A stretch of 59,931 nt of DNA, filler included, from 7 parts of 7 records of this genome joined end to end with filler, not necessarily neighbours in it, one strand, 5' to 3'. Positions 39,347 through 49,681 are shown, counted from the whole stretch's first letter. Numbers and translations: made by a program. The notes: generated by a model not told the origin, from the sequence alone.

Positions 39347-41362
39347 ATGGCTTATAGCACTGAAAGCATTTATCGCAATCTGCTTGACGAAGAAATTGGT
39401 CAGTTGGTTCACCAGGGATGTTCTTCAACCGATTGGAGTTTAGTAAAAGTGGCCCCCGATTTTATTCCCGACAGGATATCAAACAGTAAATTTACAGGAA
39501 ACATCAGACTGAATAGTTTTACCGGATCGGTAAAGCTTGTTGGTGGCATAACTTTTAAAACAGGTATTTACAATGCCTGGTTGCACAATTGTGAGGTGGG
39601 AAAAAACGCACTTATTCACAATGTCAGAAGCTATATTGCCAATTATAAAATTGAAGCGAATGTTATCATTCACAATATAACCACGCTCGCGGTTGATGGT
39701 GAAAGCTCATTTGGTAACGGCGTAATTGTTGAAGCTATAAACGAAGGTGGAGGTCGTGAAATACCTATATACGATTACCTGTCAACACATGTAGCTTACA
39801 TGATGTCGTTATACCGTCACAGGCCAAAACTGGTAAGCTCACTTAAGAAAATGGTATCGGATTATGCCGGCTATGTAACCAATACCACAGGAGTTATTGG
39901 AGCAGATTCTAAAATAGTAAACTGCAATACCATTTTAAATGTAAGAACTGGTCCGGCAACCACCATCGATGGTGCAAAAAAGCTTAAAAACGGAAGTGTC
40001 AATAGTAATTCTGAAGCTCCGGTGCTTATTGGTGAAGGTGTTATTATGGATGATTTTATCGTAAGCTCGGGCACAACAATCACTGATGCTACGCTGGTTT
40101 CGAAATGTTTTATCGGGCAAGGTTGTAAGCTGGACAAACATTATTCAGCCGAAAATTCATTGTTTTTTGCTAACTGCCAGGGAATTCATGGTGAAGCCTG
40201 CTCAATATTTGCCGGGCCTTACACGGTAACACACCATAAGTCGACCTTGTTAATTGCAGGTATGTTTTCGTTTATGAATGCCGGTAGCGGATCAAATCAA
40301 AGTAATCACCTATACAAACTGGGGCCAATTCACCAGGGGATTCTGGAACGTGGTTCAAAAACTACCAGCGATTCCTATTTACTTTGGCCATCTCGGATAG
40401 GTGCTTTTTCCTTGGTAATGGGACGACATTATAAACATTGCGATACAACCGATTTTCCATTTTCATATTTGATTGAAAGTAAAGATGAGAGCGTATTGGT
40501 GCCCGCAATTAACCTAAAAAGTATAGGAACCATACGCGATACTCAAAAATGGCCGCAACGCGATAAACGGACTGATTCAAATTTATTGGATATTATCAAT
40601 TTCAATTTACTAAGCCCATATACTATTCATAAAATGGTAACCGGACGTGAAAAGCTGCTGGCACTACAAAGATCATCGGGCGAGAATGCTGTTGTTTACA
40701 GCTACGATAAAATGAAAATTGAAAACCGGGCTTTGAACAGGGGAATTAAATTGTATGAAATGGCCATTTGGAAATTTCTAGGAAACTCGGTGATTACACG
40801 TTTGCAGGGGGGGATCTACGATACTGATGCTGATATTCAAAAAGCACTTCAGCCCGATACCAAATTTGGTAAAGGATATTGGGTGGATTTATCCGGATTG
40901 ATATGTCCGTTTGAATCTCTGGATCAATTGCTCCAATCGGTAGAAAATGGAACTGTTCAATCCCTTGAAGAGGTAAACTCTGCTTTGGCAATGATGCATA
41001 AAAATTACTACAATTTTGAATGGACCTGGGCAGTAGATGTGTTGGAGAAGTTTTATGGAAAATCAATAGATGAAATGAGCGCCGATGATATTGTTACAAT
41101 CGTTGAAAAATGGCGCGAAAGTGTTTTGGGAATCGATCAGTTTTTATACGAAGATGCGAAAAAAGAATTCTCGTTGACAAAAATGACGGGTTTTGGTGTT
41201 GATGGACAGAATGGTGCCCGCGAACTCGATTTTGCCGAAGTTAGAGGCGAATTTGAAAGCAATGCCACTGTGCAAGCTATAAAAGAGCACATGGAAAAGA
41301 AAGCAAATCTGGGCCGGGAAATGATTAACTTAATGAAAAGTCGGGTAACAGTGCAACTATAA
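39347..41362 (+). CDS. DUF4954-like protein (left-handed beta-helix-like central region)
   Basis: INEGGGRE, GEACSIFAGPYTVTHHKSTLLIAG, NAGSGSNQSNH.YKLGP.HQG..ERG, as recalled for DUF4954. Confidence 0.8.
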   Translation: MAYSTESIYRNLLDEEIGQLVHQGCSSTDWSLVKVAPDFIPDRISNSKFTGNIRLNSFTGSVKLVGGITFKTGIYNAWLHNCEVGKNALIHNVRSYIANYKIEANVIIHNITTLAVDGESSFGNGVIVEAINEGGGREIPIYDYLSTHVAYMMSLYRHRPKLVSSLKKMVSDYAGYVTNTTGVIGADSKIVNCNTILNVRTGPATTIDGAKKLKNGSVNSNSEAPVLIGEGVIMDDFIVSSGTTITDATLVSKCFIGQGCKLDKHYSAENSLFFANCQGIHGEACSIFAGPYTVTHHKSTLLIAGMFSFMNAGSGSNQSNHLYKLGPIHQGILERGSKTTSDSYLLWPSRIGAFSLVMGRHYKHCDTTDFPFSYLIESKDESVLVPAINLKSIGTIRDTQKWPQRDKRTDSNLLDIINFNLLSPYTIHKMVTGREKLLALQRSSGENAVVYSYDKMKIENRALNRGIKLYEMAIWKFLGNSVITRLQGGIYDTDADIQKALQPDTKFGKGYWVDLSGLICPFESLDQLLQSVENGTVQSLEEVNSALAMMHKNYYNFEWTWAVDVLEKFYGKSIDEMSADDIVTIVEKWRESVLGIDQFLYEDAKKEFSLTKMTGFGVDGQNGARELDFAEVRGEFESNATVQAIKEHMEKKANLGREMINLMKSRVTVQL

Positions 41363-41419
41363 GAGCAGGGTAACCTGTTAATATTTTGATTCTAATACTT
41401 TAACTCTGAACTTAAAGAT

Positions 41420-43258
41420 ATGTGTGGAATAGTAGGATATATCGGAGACAAACAAGCTTTCCCGATTTTGATCGGCGGGCTTAAACGCTTAGAATACCGT
41501 GGGTACGATTCGGCAGGAGTAGCCCTGTTTAACGGTTCGCTTGAAAGCTTTAAAAAGAAGGGCAAAGTCTCAGATCTGGAAGAGTTTATTTCAGATAAAA
41601 ACAATTCGGGTACAACGGGGATTGGTCATACGCGTTGGGCAACACATGGCGAGCCCAGCGATAATAATGCGCATCCGCATAGCTCGATGAACGGTACTTT
41701 TTCAATCGTTCATAACGGAATTATTGAAAATTATGCCCAATTAAAGCTGGATCTTGTCGGGCATGGTTATACTTTTTTAAGCGATACCGATACCGAAGTT
41801 CTGGCTAACCTTATCGAGTTCTTTTATAACCAGGATGATAAAATGACATCGGAAGCTGCAGTTCAGCTGGCTTTGTCAAAGGTTATTGGGGCATACGGAA
41901 TTGCTGTGTTGTGTAAAAAAGAGAACAACAAAATTGTTGTGGCCCGTAAAGGAAGTCCACTGGTTGTTGGTTTGGGCGACGGTGAGTATTTTATTGCCAG
42001 CGATGCATCACCTATTGCAGAATATACCAGCCAGGTTATTTACCTGAACGATGAGGATATTGCCATTCTTCAAAAAGATGGATTTACGCTTAAAAATGTT
42101 CAGAATAATCCGGTTTCACTAAAAATCAGTAATCTCGATTTAGAGATCGGTGCTTTAGATAAAGGGGATTACGAGTATTTTATGCTCAAGGAAATTTATG
42201 AGCAACCTAAAACCATTGAGGAAACATTCAGGGGACGACTTCGTGAAGATTATTCAGAGATTGTTTTAGGAGGTTTAATCGATGTATTCCCAAAAATTGA
42301 GGAAGCTGAGCGAATTATTATTATTGGCTGTGGTACCTCGTGGCATGCCGCACTTATTGCAGAATATATGCTGGAGGAGTATGCCCAAATACCTGTAGAA
42401 GTGGAATATGCGTCGGAGTTCCGTTACCGTAAACCCATTATAAACTCAAAAGATGTGGTGATTTTAATCAGCCAAAGTGGAGAAACTGCCGATACCCTTG
42501 CAGCATTGCATTTGGCAAAAGCAAAGGGGGCATCAGTTTTGGGAGTTTGTAACGTGGTTGGCTCAACCCTGGCGCGCGAAACAGATGCAGGAGTTTATAC
42601 CCATGCCGGTGTTGAAATTGGTGTTGCGTCAACAAAAGCATTCACAGCCCAGGTAACAGTGCTTACCATGATTGCCCTAAAACTGGCAAAAAACAGAGGA
42701 ACCATCGATCAGAAAGAATATGAAATACTGGTAAAGGAGTTATCGATGATTCCGGAAAAGGGTCGTTTGATTTTAGAAAACAATAGCCATATAAAAAAAA
42801 TTGCCGAGAAATACCAGGAGGCTATCAATGCCCTCTATCTTGGCCGTGGATACCTGTTCCCGGTAGCATTAGAAGGTGCTTTAAAGTTAAAAGAGATATC
42901 TTATATTCATGCCGAAGGGTATGCTGCGGGCGAAATGAAACACGGCCCTATTGCTTTGGTCGATAGTAATTTACCCGTTATTGTTGTGGCTCCGCAAGAC
43001 GATTATTATGAAAAAGTTGTAAGCAATATTCAGGAGGTAAAAGCACGAAAAGGAAATGTAATTGCTGTAGTTACCGAAGGAGATACCGGGCTAAAAGAAA
43101 TGGCTAACGATGTAATTGAAATTCCGAAATCGCATCCGGCTTTGGCTCCCCTTTTATCGGTCATCCCGCTTCAGCTCTTGGCTTATCATATTGCCCTGTT
43201 AAAAGGTTGCAATGTCGATCAGCCCCGAAATTTGGCTAAGTCAGTTACCGTGGAGTAG
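41420..43258 (+). CDS. glmS: Glutamine--fructose-6-phosphate transaminase (isomerizing)
   Basis: MCGIVG, LEYRGYDSAG, GHTRWATHG, SQSGETADT, PRNLAKSVTVE. Confidence 0.98.
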   Translation: MCGIVGYIGDKQAFPILIGGLKRLEYRGYDSAGVALFNGSLESFKKKGKVSDLEEFISDKNNSGTTGIGHTRWATHGEPSDNNAHPHSSMNGTFSIVHNGIIENYAQLKLDLVGHGYTFLSDTDTEVLANLIEFFYNQDDKMTSEAAVQLALSKVIGAYGIAVLCKKENNKIVVARKGSPLVVGLGDGEYFIASDASPIAEYTSQVIYLNDEDIAILQKDGFTLKNVQNNPVSLKISNLDLEIGALDKGDYEYFMLKEIYEQPKTIEETFRGRLREDYSEIVLGGLIDVFPKIEEAERIIIIGCGTSWHAALIAEYMLEEYAQIPVEVEYASEFRYRKPIINSKDVVILISQSGETADTLAALHLAKAKGASVLGVCNVVGSTLARETDAGVYTHAGVEIGVASTKAFTAQVTVLTMIALKLAKNRGTIDQKEYEILVKELSMIPEKGRLILENNSHIKKIAEKYQEAINALYLGRGYLFPVALEGALKLKEISYIHAEGYAAGEMKHGPIALVDSNLPVIVVAPQDDYYEKVVSNIQEVKARKGNVIAVVTEGDTGLKEMANDVIEIPKSHPALAPLLSVIPLQLLAYHIALLKGCNVDQPRNLAKSVTVE

Positions 43259-43406
43259 ATGGAATCTTTTTTGGGACTGGCGGTTGGGCTTTACGGCAAT
43301 ATTAATACCATTACGTTTATAGCGATTATCGAACAAAAAATAACGTTTACAGAATAAACTGGTAAATCTGGTTTGAAGGAATTATCTTCAAAATCAAAAA
43401 TCGAAA

Positions 43407-43931
43407 GTGAACGGCAAAATAGCAATACCAAAAAAGTTTTATTTTATCCTGCTTGCTTCTGTAATTGCTATTTGCCTTTTTTCGTTTACCATTGGACGTG
43501 AATTATATGCCGGGAAAACGGAAAGTATTTTTTCTTTCGGTCTGATTCATTTCTCAGGGTATTTGTTTTTTCTGTTAATGCCAGTGGAGGTAGCTTTTGT
43601 GTATTACCTTCCGTTCTACTCAAAAATACAGTTAATATTAGTTGCATTGGCAACTGCTGTAATTGCACAGTGTGTCGATTATTTTATAGGTAAATTAATA
43701 CGCCCCAAAAGAATATTTGAGCTGATGGGGAGAAAAAGAATTGTAAAAGCCGAAAGGCAAATTGAACGCTATGGCTTGCTTACAATCTTTGTATTTAATC
43801 TTTTTCCGTTATCTTCTCCCATTATTGCTTTAGCTGCCGGAATGTTAAAATTTGACTTTAAACGATTTATTATGGTCAGCAGTTTTGGATTGTTTTTGAA
43901 ATACGTGGTTATTGCTTTATGCTTTGCTTAA
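43407..43931 (+). CDS. VTT/DedA (SNARE-associated)-like membrane protein
   Basis: Hydrophobic, with DYFIG..ERYG..FNLFPLSSP..LAAG pattern. Confidence 0.7.
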   Translation: MNGKIAIPKKFYFILLASVIAICLFSFTIGRELYAGKTESIFSFGLIHFSGYLFFLLMPVEVAFVYYLPFYSKIQLILVALATAVIAQCVDYFIGKLIRPKRIFELMGRKRIVKAERQIERYGLLTIFVFNLFPLSSPIIALAAGMLKFDFKRFIMVSSFGLFLKYVVIALCFA

Positions 43932-44066
43932 TTCTCGACTCATTCAACCCGATATTCGATATTTTAACCCAAAGTTCTTATTAATTATTTTACAAAATCA
44001 CAGGAATAAATACAGCTTGGTGTTTTTAATTTAACTTTGCGCGCAGATTTTAAAAATTCAAAAATT

Positions 44067-44954
44067 ATGAAGGCATTTGTTTTTCCTGGTCAGGGAGCGC
44101 AATTCCCGGGAATGGGAAAGGATTTATACGAAAATTCTGCTGAAGCAAAAGCATTATTCGAAAAAGCAAACGATATTTTAGGTTTTAATATTACTGACAT
44201 TATGTTTGAAGGTGAAGTAGAAGACCTGAAACAAACTAAAGTTACTCAACCAGCAATTTTCCTGCATTCTGTTTTGTTGGCAAAAACGCTAAAAGATTTT
44301 GCGCCAGATATGGTTGCCGGTCACTCTTTGGGCGAGTTCTCAGCACTTGTTGCTAACGGAACATTAAACTTTGAGGATGGTTTAAAACTGGTAGCTCAAC
44401 GTGCAAGGGCCATGCAAAAGGCATGTGAAATTGAGCCATCAACCATGGCTGCCATTGTTGGTCTGGAAGATGCAGTAGTTGAAGAGGTTTGTACAGAAAT
44501 TGAGGATGTAGTAGTTCCGGCAAATTACAATTGCCCTGGACAGTTGGTTATTTCCGGATCGGAAGCAGGAATTGATAAAGCTTGCGAAATATTAACTGAA
44601 AAAGGAGCAAAACGTGCCATTAAATTGGTGGTTGGAGGAGCTTTTCATTCGCCATTTATGGAGCCTGCGCGCGAAGAGTTGGCAGCCGCAATTGAATCTA
44701 CAACTTTTAATACTCCTACGTGTCCGGTTTATCAGAACGTAAATGCTGAACCTGTTTCAGATCCGGCTTTAATTAAAGAAAACCTGATTGCACAGCTGAC
44801 CGCACCGGTAAAATGGACTCAAATTGTTAAAAATATGATTGCTGGTGGTGCAACTTCATTTACTGAGGTTGGCCCAGGTAAGGTATTGCAGGGATTGGTG
44901 AAAAAAGTGGACCGCAAAATGGAAACAGCGGGAGTAAACAGCTACGAAGGATAA
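44067..44954 (+). CDS. fabD: Malonyl CoA-ACP transacylase
   Basis: FPGQGAQ, TQPA, GHSLGE, GAFHS, EVGPG. Start placed at MKAFVF, downstream of a TAACTTTG -7 element. Confidence 0.97.
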   Translation: MKAFVFPGQGAQFPGMGKDLYENSAEAKALFEKANDILGFNITDIMFEGEVEDLKQTKVTQPAIFLHSVLLAKTLKDFAPDMVAGHSLGEFSALVANGTLNFEDGLKLVAQRARAMQKACEIEPSTMAAIVGLEDAVVEEVCTEIEDVVVPANYNCPGQLVISGSEAGIDKACEILTEKGAKRAIKLVVGGAFHSPFMEPAREELAAAIESTTFNTPTCPVYQNVNAEPVSDPALIKENLIAQLTAPVKWTQIVKNMIAGGATSFTEVGPGKVLQGLVKKVDRKMETAGVNSYEG

Positions 44955-44975
44955 TATTAATTCCATTATAAAAAG

Positions 44976-45005
44976 AAAACCCGGATTGTCAAATCCGGGT
45001 TTTTT
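44976..45005. terminator. Bidirectional intrinsic terminator
   Basis: AAAACCCGGATT-GTCA-AATCCGGGTTTT between convergent genes. Confidence 0.85.
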
Positions 45006-45022
45006 ATGTTGGAATGAATCGA

Positions 45023-46381
45023 TTAATTCATGTGTTTTTGAAGCATCCGATAAATAGTTGATTTGCCGATTCCTAATTTCGAAGCTACCAAACGAACATT
45101 TTGATTGTATTTATTTAAAAAGAATTTTACAATTTCGTTATTGTATTCTTCCAGCGTTTTCTCCTGTGCCAGTAAGTTTTGAACACTCTCGTCGACATTC
45201 ATGTTCAGGTGGTTGGGTTTAATAACATCGCGGCTGCACATAACACACGATAATTCCATTATAGCCTTTAATTCTCTAATATTTCCGGGGTAATGATAAT
45301 TGGAAAGCATTTGTTTAGCCTCTGATGATATGGTTTTGGGGTCCATATCGTTTTCCTGGCAGAATTCATCCACAAAAAACTTTGCAAGTAATATTTTATC
45401 ATTGCCACGCTGACGGAGAGGTGGAATCTCAATAGGTAAACCAAGCAGACGGTAATAAAGGTCTTGCCTGAACTGATCGTCAGAAGAAAGGGCAGCCAGA
45501 TTCTTATGAGTTGCTGTAATGATTCTGACATCCAGCGGGATTGTATCATTCCCTCCAAGCCGAACCAGTTCTTTCTCTTGAAGAACACGTAGTAGTTTTG
45601 CTTGTAAATTAAGATTAAGGTCTGCAATTTCATCCAGGAAAAGTGTTCCGCCGTTGGCCAGCTCAAATTTGCCTATCTTTTGGAAATCGGCTCCGGTAAA
45701 AGCTCCTTTCTCGTGCCCGAATAATTCACTTTCAATTAATCCGTCAGGAATGGCCGAAACATTAACGGCAACAAACGGTTTGGCACTTCGTTTCGAGTTA
45801 AAGTGAATACCTTTGGCCACCAATTCTTTTCCTGTTCCGGTTTCGCCCGAAATTGAGACAGAAATATTGGTTTGGGTTGCCTTGTTCATTAACTCAAAAA
45901 TATGCTCAATCTCGCGACTGTTCCCTTTAATCAGGCTTTTGAAATTGTATTTCTCCTTTACTGCCTCTTTAAGGTTGGTGTTTTCAGTTTGAAGTTGATC
46001 TGTTTTGTAAATGTTCTTTATAACATTACTTAACTTCTCTCTTGTGTCCGGTGCTTTCATGATATAATCGTAAGCACCGTTTTTCATCAGCTCAATAGCG
46101 GTGGAGATATTGTCTTGTGCTGAAATTACAATTACATGCGTATCAGGTATTTTTTCCTGGATTTTATCCAATACCTCTTTTCCTGTCATATCGGGAAGCG
46201 TGTAATCTAGCGTAACAACATCAGGTTTCTCAGCCATAGCACTAATAAAGTCTGTCCCGTTATGGAAAACTTTAACCTGTAGCTGGTCTTCAAGAAGTTG
46301 TTTTTTTAATACCCGTGCATAAAGCACATTGTCCTCTACAATGTATACTTTGTACTGATTCTTGATCTTCTGGTTGGCCAT
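45023..46381 (-). CDS. NtrC-like sigma54-dependent response regulator
   Basis: Receiver domain (VEDN, LDY.LPD), GETGTGKE, GAFTGA, C-terminal HTH. Confidence 0.93.
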   Translation of the reverse strand: MANQKIKNQYKVYIVEDNVLYARVLKKQLLEDQLQVKVFHNGTDFISAMAEKPDVVTLDYTLPDMTGKEVLDKIQEKIPDTHVIVISAQDNISTAIELMKNGAYDYIMKAPDTREKLSNVIKNIYKTDQLQTENTNLKEAVKEKYNFKSLIKGNSREIEHIFELMNKATQTNISVSISGETGTGKELVAKGIHFNSKRSAKPFVAVNVSAIPDGLIESELFGHEKGAFTGADFQKIGKFELANGGTLFLDEIADLNLNLQAKLLRVLQEKELVRLGGNDTIPLDVRIITATHKNLAALSSDDQFRQDLYYRLLGLPIEIPPLRQRGNDKILLAKFFVDEFCQENDMDPKTISSEAKQMLSNYHYPGNIRELKAIMELSCVMCSRDVIKPNHLNMNVDESVQNLLAQEKTLEEYNNEIVKFFLNKYNQNVRLVASKLGIGKSTIYRMLQKHMN

Positions 46382-46508
46382 TTATTAGCTTTTAGTGCTA
46401 TTAAAAATAACCAAAAAACAATGAAAATCAAATTATTTGTCCAAATATTGGAAAACTCTCAATGCCGCTTCCCATTGTTGGAATATTTATTGAAAATGTT
46501 CGATAATT

Positions 46509-46693
46509 CTAAAATCGATATGCTGCCTTCTGAAGATCCTTTAGGGACCTGAAAGGTTTTTCCGGTTTTAAAACTTTGGCCAAGTGCAGGTGAACCTTTA
46601 AGCGTATTTCTTTGCCAATCTTGGTATCCATGCGATCAAATGAGTGGCCTCCCGGTAAAGCTTCAAATATGGTGTAGTCAAAAGCTTTTCCTT
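46509..46693 (-). CDS. C-terminal fragment of a probable S9 (prolyl oligopeptidase-like) hydrolase, not in the ORF track
   Basis: Frame open from the contig edge: GKAFDYTIFEALPGGHSFDRMDTKIGKEIRLKV...AAYRF*. GH-x-F catalytic-His context. Confidence 0.6.
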
Positions 46694-46793
46694 NNNNNNN
46701 NNNNNNNNNNNNNNNNNNNNNNNNNNNNNNNNNNNNNTTAATTAATTAANNNNNNNNNNNNNNNNNNNNNNNNNNNNNNNNNNNNNNNNNNNN
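46694..46793. other. Artificial contig spacer
   Basis: N-run + TTAATTAATTAA + N-run. Confidence 0.97.
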
Positions 46794-47003
46794 ATATTCG
46801 GCTCCGCCGAAAATGACTCGAATTATGTTGTCTTATGTGAAATGCCCTGTTTCGCGATCCGGCCTCGGGGTTTTGCAGCATGAAAATGTCATGCGTTTAT
46901 GTTACTCCTTCCTGCTTCTTTGTAAAACAAAATTCTTCTTTACAAAGAGTTATGACCGATGTTTTTAATGAAGAATTAATCATAAATTCACATCGGACGG
47001 GTT

Positions 47004-47046
47004 AAAAAACAAAATCCGGGCGCCTTTTCAGGTTCGCCCGGATTTT
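47004..47046 (-). terminator. Intrinsic terminator after leuA
   Basis: AAAATCCGGGCG...CGCCCGGATTTT stem followed by a T-tract on the minus strand. Confidence 0.8.
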
Positions 47047-47080
47047 GCAATGGTCCTTAAGTAGAGCTTTTTATCTACAA

Positions 47081-48616
47081 TCAATAAAAAGAACGATAAG
47101 GATTCTGTCGCATTGAATCCAGGCGGTTCAGGCCGTTAACATAAGCCTTGGCGCTGGCCATGATAATATCCGGGTCGGACCCCTGCCCGAGAACGACCAT
47201 GCCGTCTTCTTCGAGCTTGACGGTAACTTCGCCCTGGGCGTCAGTGCCGCCGGTGATGCTGCTGATGCCGAAATGAAGGAGCTTGCTCCTGGTGCCGGTC
47301 ATATCGGCGATAGTGTTAAAGCAGGCGTCTATCGGCCCTGTGCCGAAACCGGCTTTAACCACCTGGGTGTCGCTGCCTATTTCCACGGCCACGGTGGCGG
47401 TCGGGCGAACAGTGCTGCCCGCGCTTACATTGAGGTACACCAGGCGGTATTTTTCAGGCACCCTGATTAATTCGTCGGCGACAATGGCGTCCAGGTCTTC
47501 GTCGAATATTTCCTTCTTTTTGTCGGCCACTTCCTTGAATCTTTCGAAAAGGCGGTTGATTTCGTCATCGCCCAAATCGTAGCCCAGGCTGCTGAGCTTA
47601 TCTCTGAAAGCATGGCGGCCGGAATGCTTGCCCAAAACAAGGTCGGTCTTTTTGATGCCCACGTCCTGGGGCCTCATTATTTCGTAAGTGCTGGCTTCCT
47701 TCAGGATGCCGTCCTGGTGAATTCCCGATTCATGGGCAAAGGCGTTGTCTCCGACAATGGGCTTGTTGGGCGGCACATGCAGCCCGGTGATAGTGCTTAT
47801 GAGACGGCTGGCCGGATATATTTCCTGGTTGGCGATCCGGGTCTCAAATTCGTAATAATCCGCCCTGGTCCTCAAGAGCATGGCCAGTTCTTCAAGGGAA
47901 GTGTTGCCGGCCCTCTCTCCGATTCCATTTATGGTGACTTCAACCTGGCGGGCGCCGTTGTTTATGGCGGCCAGGGAATTGGCCACGGCGAGTCCGAGGT
48001 CGTTGTGACAATGAACGCTGACCAGGGCTTTATCTATATTGGAGACATTGTCAAAAAGGTATTTTATCAGAGCGCCGAATTCGGTAGGAACGGCGTATCC
48101 CACGGTATCAGGAATATTAATGACTTTTGCGCCCGCGTTAATCGCGGCTTCGACCACCTGGGCCAGGTATGCGGGTTCGGTTCTGGAGGCGTCCATAGCG
48201 GAAAATTCAACATTGGAAGTATGGCCGCAAGCCTGTTTGACTCCGGCGATGGCCATTTCCAGCACTTCCTCGCGGCTTTTTTTCAACTGATGATGAAGGT
48301 GTATGTCGGATGTGGAAATAAAAATGTGAAGGCGGGGATCGGCTGCCTCGGCAATGGCCTCCCAGGCCACATCAATATCTTTTTCGTGAATGCGCGCCAG
48401 TCCTGCGATCTGACAGTCCCTTATTTCCCTGGACACAAGACGAACCGCTTCAAAATCGCCCTGTGAAGCGACAGGAAAGCCGGCTTCTATGACGTCGACC
48501 TTGAGCTTGGACAGGGCGCGGGCCACGCGCATTTTCTGACTCACGTTCATGGAAGCGCCCGGAGACTGCTCGCCGTCTCTTAAGGTAGTGTCGAAGATGT
48601 AAATCTGTTCGGCCAT
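47081..48616 (-). CDS. leuA: 2-isopropylmalate synthase
   Basis: FDTTLRDGEQ, HCHNDLG, GIGERAGN, HESGIHQDG, LGKHSGRHA, C-terminal regulatory domain. Confidence 0.97.
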   Translation of the reverse strand: MAEQIYIFDTTLRDGEQSPGASMNVSQKMRVARALSKLKVDVIEAGFPVASQGDFEAVRLVSREIRDCQIAGLARIHEKDIDVAWEAIAEAADPRLHIFISTSDIHLHHQLKKSREEVLEMAIAGVKQACGHTSNVEFSAMDASRTEPAYLAQVVEAAINAGAKVINIPDTVGYAVPTEFGALIKYLFDNVSNIDKALVSVHCHNDLGLAVANSLAAINNGARQVEVTINGIGERAGNTSLEELAMLLRTRADYYEFETRIANQEIYPASRLISTITGLHVPPNKPIVGDNAFAHESGIHQDGILKEASTYEIMRPQDVGIKKTDLVLGKHSGRHAFRDKLSSLGYDLGDDEINRLFERFKEVADKKKEIFDEDLDAIVADELIRVPEKYRLVYLNVSAGSTVRPTATVAVEIGSDTQVVKAGFGTGPIDACFNTIADMTGTRSKLLHFGISSITGGTDAQGEVTVKLEEDGMVVLGQGSDPDIIMASAKAYVNGLNRLDSMRQNPYRSFY

Positions 48617-48650
48617 TTCTTCCTCCTGATAATTTGATACTATGTAATAA

Positions 48651-48687
48651 AAATAAAAAAGCCCCGCCGAATCCTGGCGGGGCTTTT
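48651..48687 (-). terminator. Attenuator terminator of the leuA leader
   Basis: Minus strand AAAAGCCCCGCC-AGGATTC-GGCGGGGCTTTTTTATTT, between the leader peptide and leuA. Confidence 0.88.
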
Positions 48688-48711
48688 GAGTCGTCTACGC
48701 TTTATATGCGT

Positions 48712-48786
48712 CTACAAACCTCCCCGCCTCTGGGGCAAAAGCAGGCCCAGCAGAAGAGTAAGGGAAGTGTGCAGATCTTTTCTCAT
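48712..48786 (-). CDS. Leucine-rich leader peptide (LeuL-like), not in the ORF track
   Basis: MRKDLHTSLTLLLGLLLPQRRGGL*, 9 Leu in 24 codons, AAGGA RBS upstream. Confidence 0.88.
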   Translation of the reverse strand: MRKDLHTSLTLLLGLLLPQRRGGL

Positions 48787-48808
48787 ATTTATAATCCTTA
48801 AAATGGGG

Positions 48809-48838
48809 CTTATATCACGGCCAATGAAATCATGTCAA
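48809..48838 (-). promoter_or_regulatory. Sigma70-type promoter of the leu leader
   Basis: TTGACA-18 nt-TATAAG with extended -10 TG. Confidence 0.55.
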
Positions 48839-48904
48839 GCTAAAGTTCTTACAAGCAGCAATATTAAAGCTTTTTAGCGCCTGTCGTCGGTATTTTTCCC
48901 CGCT

Positions 48905-49681
48905 TCAAAGAGTTATGGTTTCATTGAATTCCATGACCCGAATTTCAGTATCCGGGCATTCCCGCCTGACCCCGTCCAGGAACGGCCCTATGTTCACCAT
49001 CTGGGAAACCGGAGGATAAAAATCGTCCTGGTGGTGGGGAATGACCATATCCGGTTTCATTTTCTTTACGTAATTAAGGGCGATTTCGCAGATATGAGTG
49101 TGTCCCTGCAGGGGAACGAACAGAATATCGGTGTGCTGTTGCGCCAGGCGATCCAGTTCCTCTTCCGGCGATCCTCCGCTGCCGAAGTGGTGCAATGTTT
49201 TGCCTTCCACCGTGAAACGCCAGCTAAGCACCTGCCCCTTGGGGTATTCTTTCATGAGAGGCGCCAAGCCGAAAAATTTAACGTTGGCCCTTAATAGAGT
49301 TTTTAAAATAAGCATTTTATCAAAAACAACGTGGCTGCTGTAAAACGCCTGGGCCTGGTACGCACCGAAATCATATGAAAGGCCGTCCGATAAAACAGGG
49401 CGCACCTGCTCCGGAGGCGCCCCATTTCGTTTGACCGTATCGCCGGCAACGGGACAGCAATACACTTCCGCCCCGGTCCGGGCCGCGATCGTCCCTACAT
49501 CCTCCACGTGATCGAAATGCCCGTGGGTAATAAATATGCGGGCGCCTTCCGTTACGTCTTCCGGCGACAGGGGCTGAACCGGAAGAGCCGCTTCGTTACG
49601 TGTCAAATACGGATCGATCAGGAATACTTCATCTCCGGTTTTGACCTGGAATCCGGCCGTTCCCCACCATGTTAGCTCCAT
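48905..49681 (-). CDS. Metallo-beta-lactamase-fold hydrolase (UlaG/UPF0173-like)
   Basis: LIDPYL, ITHGHFDH, VIPHH. Confidence 0.9.
   Translation of the reverse strand: MELTWWGTAGFQVKTGDEVFLIDPYLTRNEAALPVQPLSPEDVTEGARIFITHGHFDHVEDVGTIAARTGAEVYCCPVAGDTVKRNGAPPEQVRPVLSDGLSYDFGAYQAQAFYSSHVVFDKMLILKTLLRANVKFFGLAPLMKEYPKGQVLSWRFTVEGKTLHHFGSGGSPEEELDRLAQQHTDILFVPLQGHTHICEIALNYVKKMKPDMVIPHHQDDFYPPVSQMVNIGPFLDGVRRECPDTEIRVMEFNETITL

Noticed and set aside
41363-41419. glmS ribozyme upstream of glmS
   Set aside because: The gap is only 57 nt and lacks the AGCGCC...GACGAGG core.
46794-46900. Possible leuC start downstream of leuA
   Set aside because: Minus-strand frames give no LeuC-like N-terminus, and a terminator intervenes.
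48686-48877. 63-aa plus-strand ORF in the track
   Set aside because: It is antisense to the leu leader peptide and promoter.
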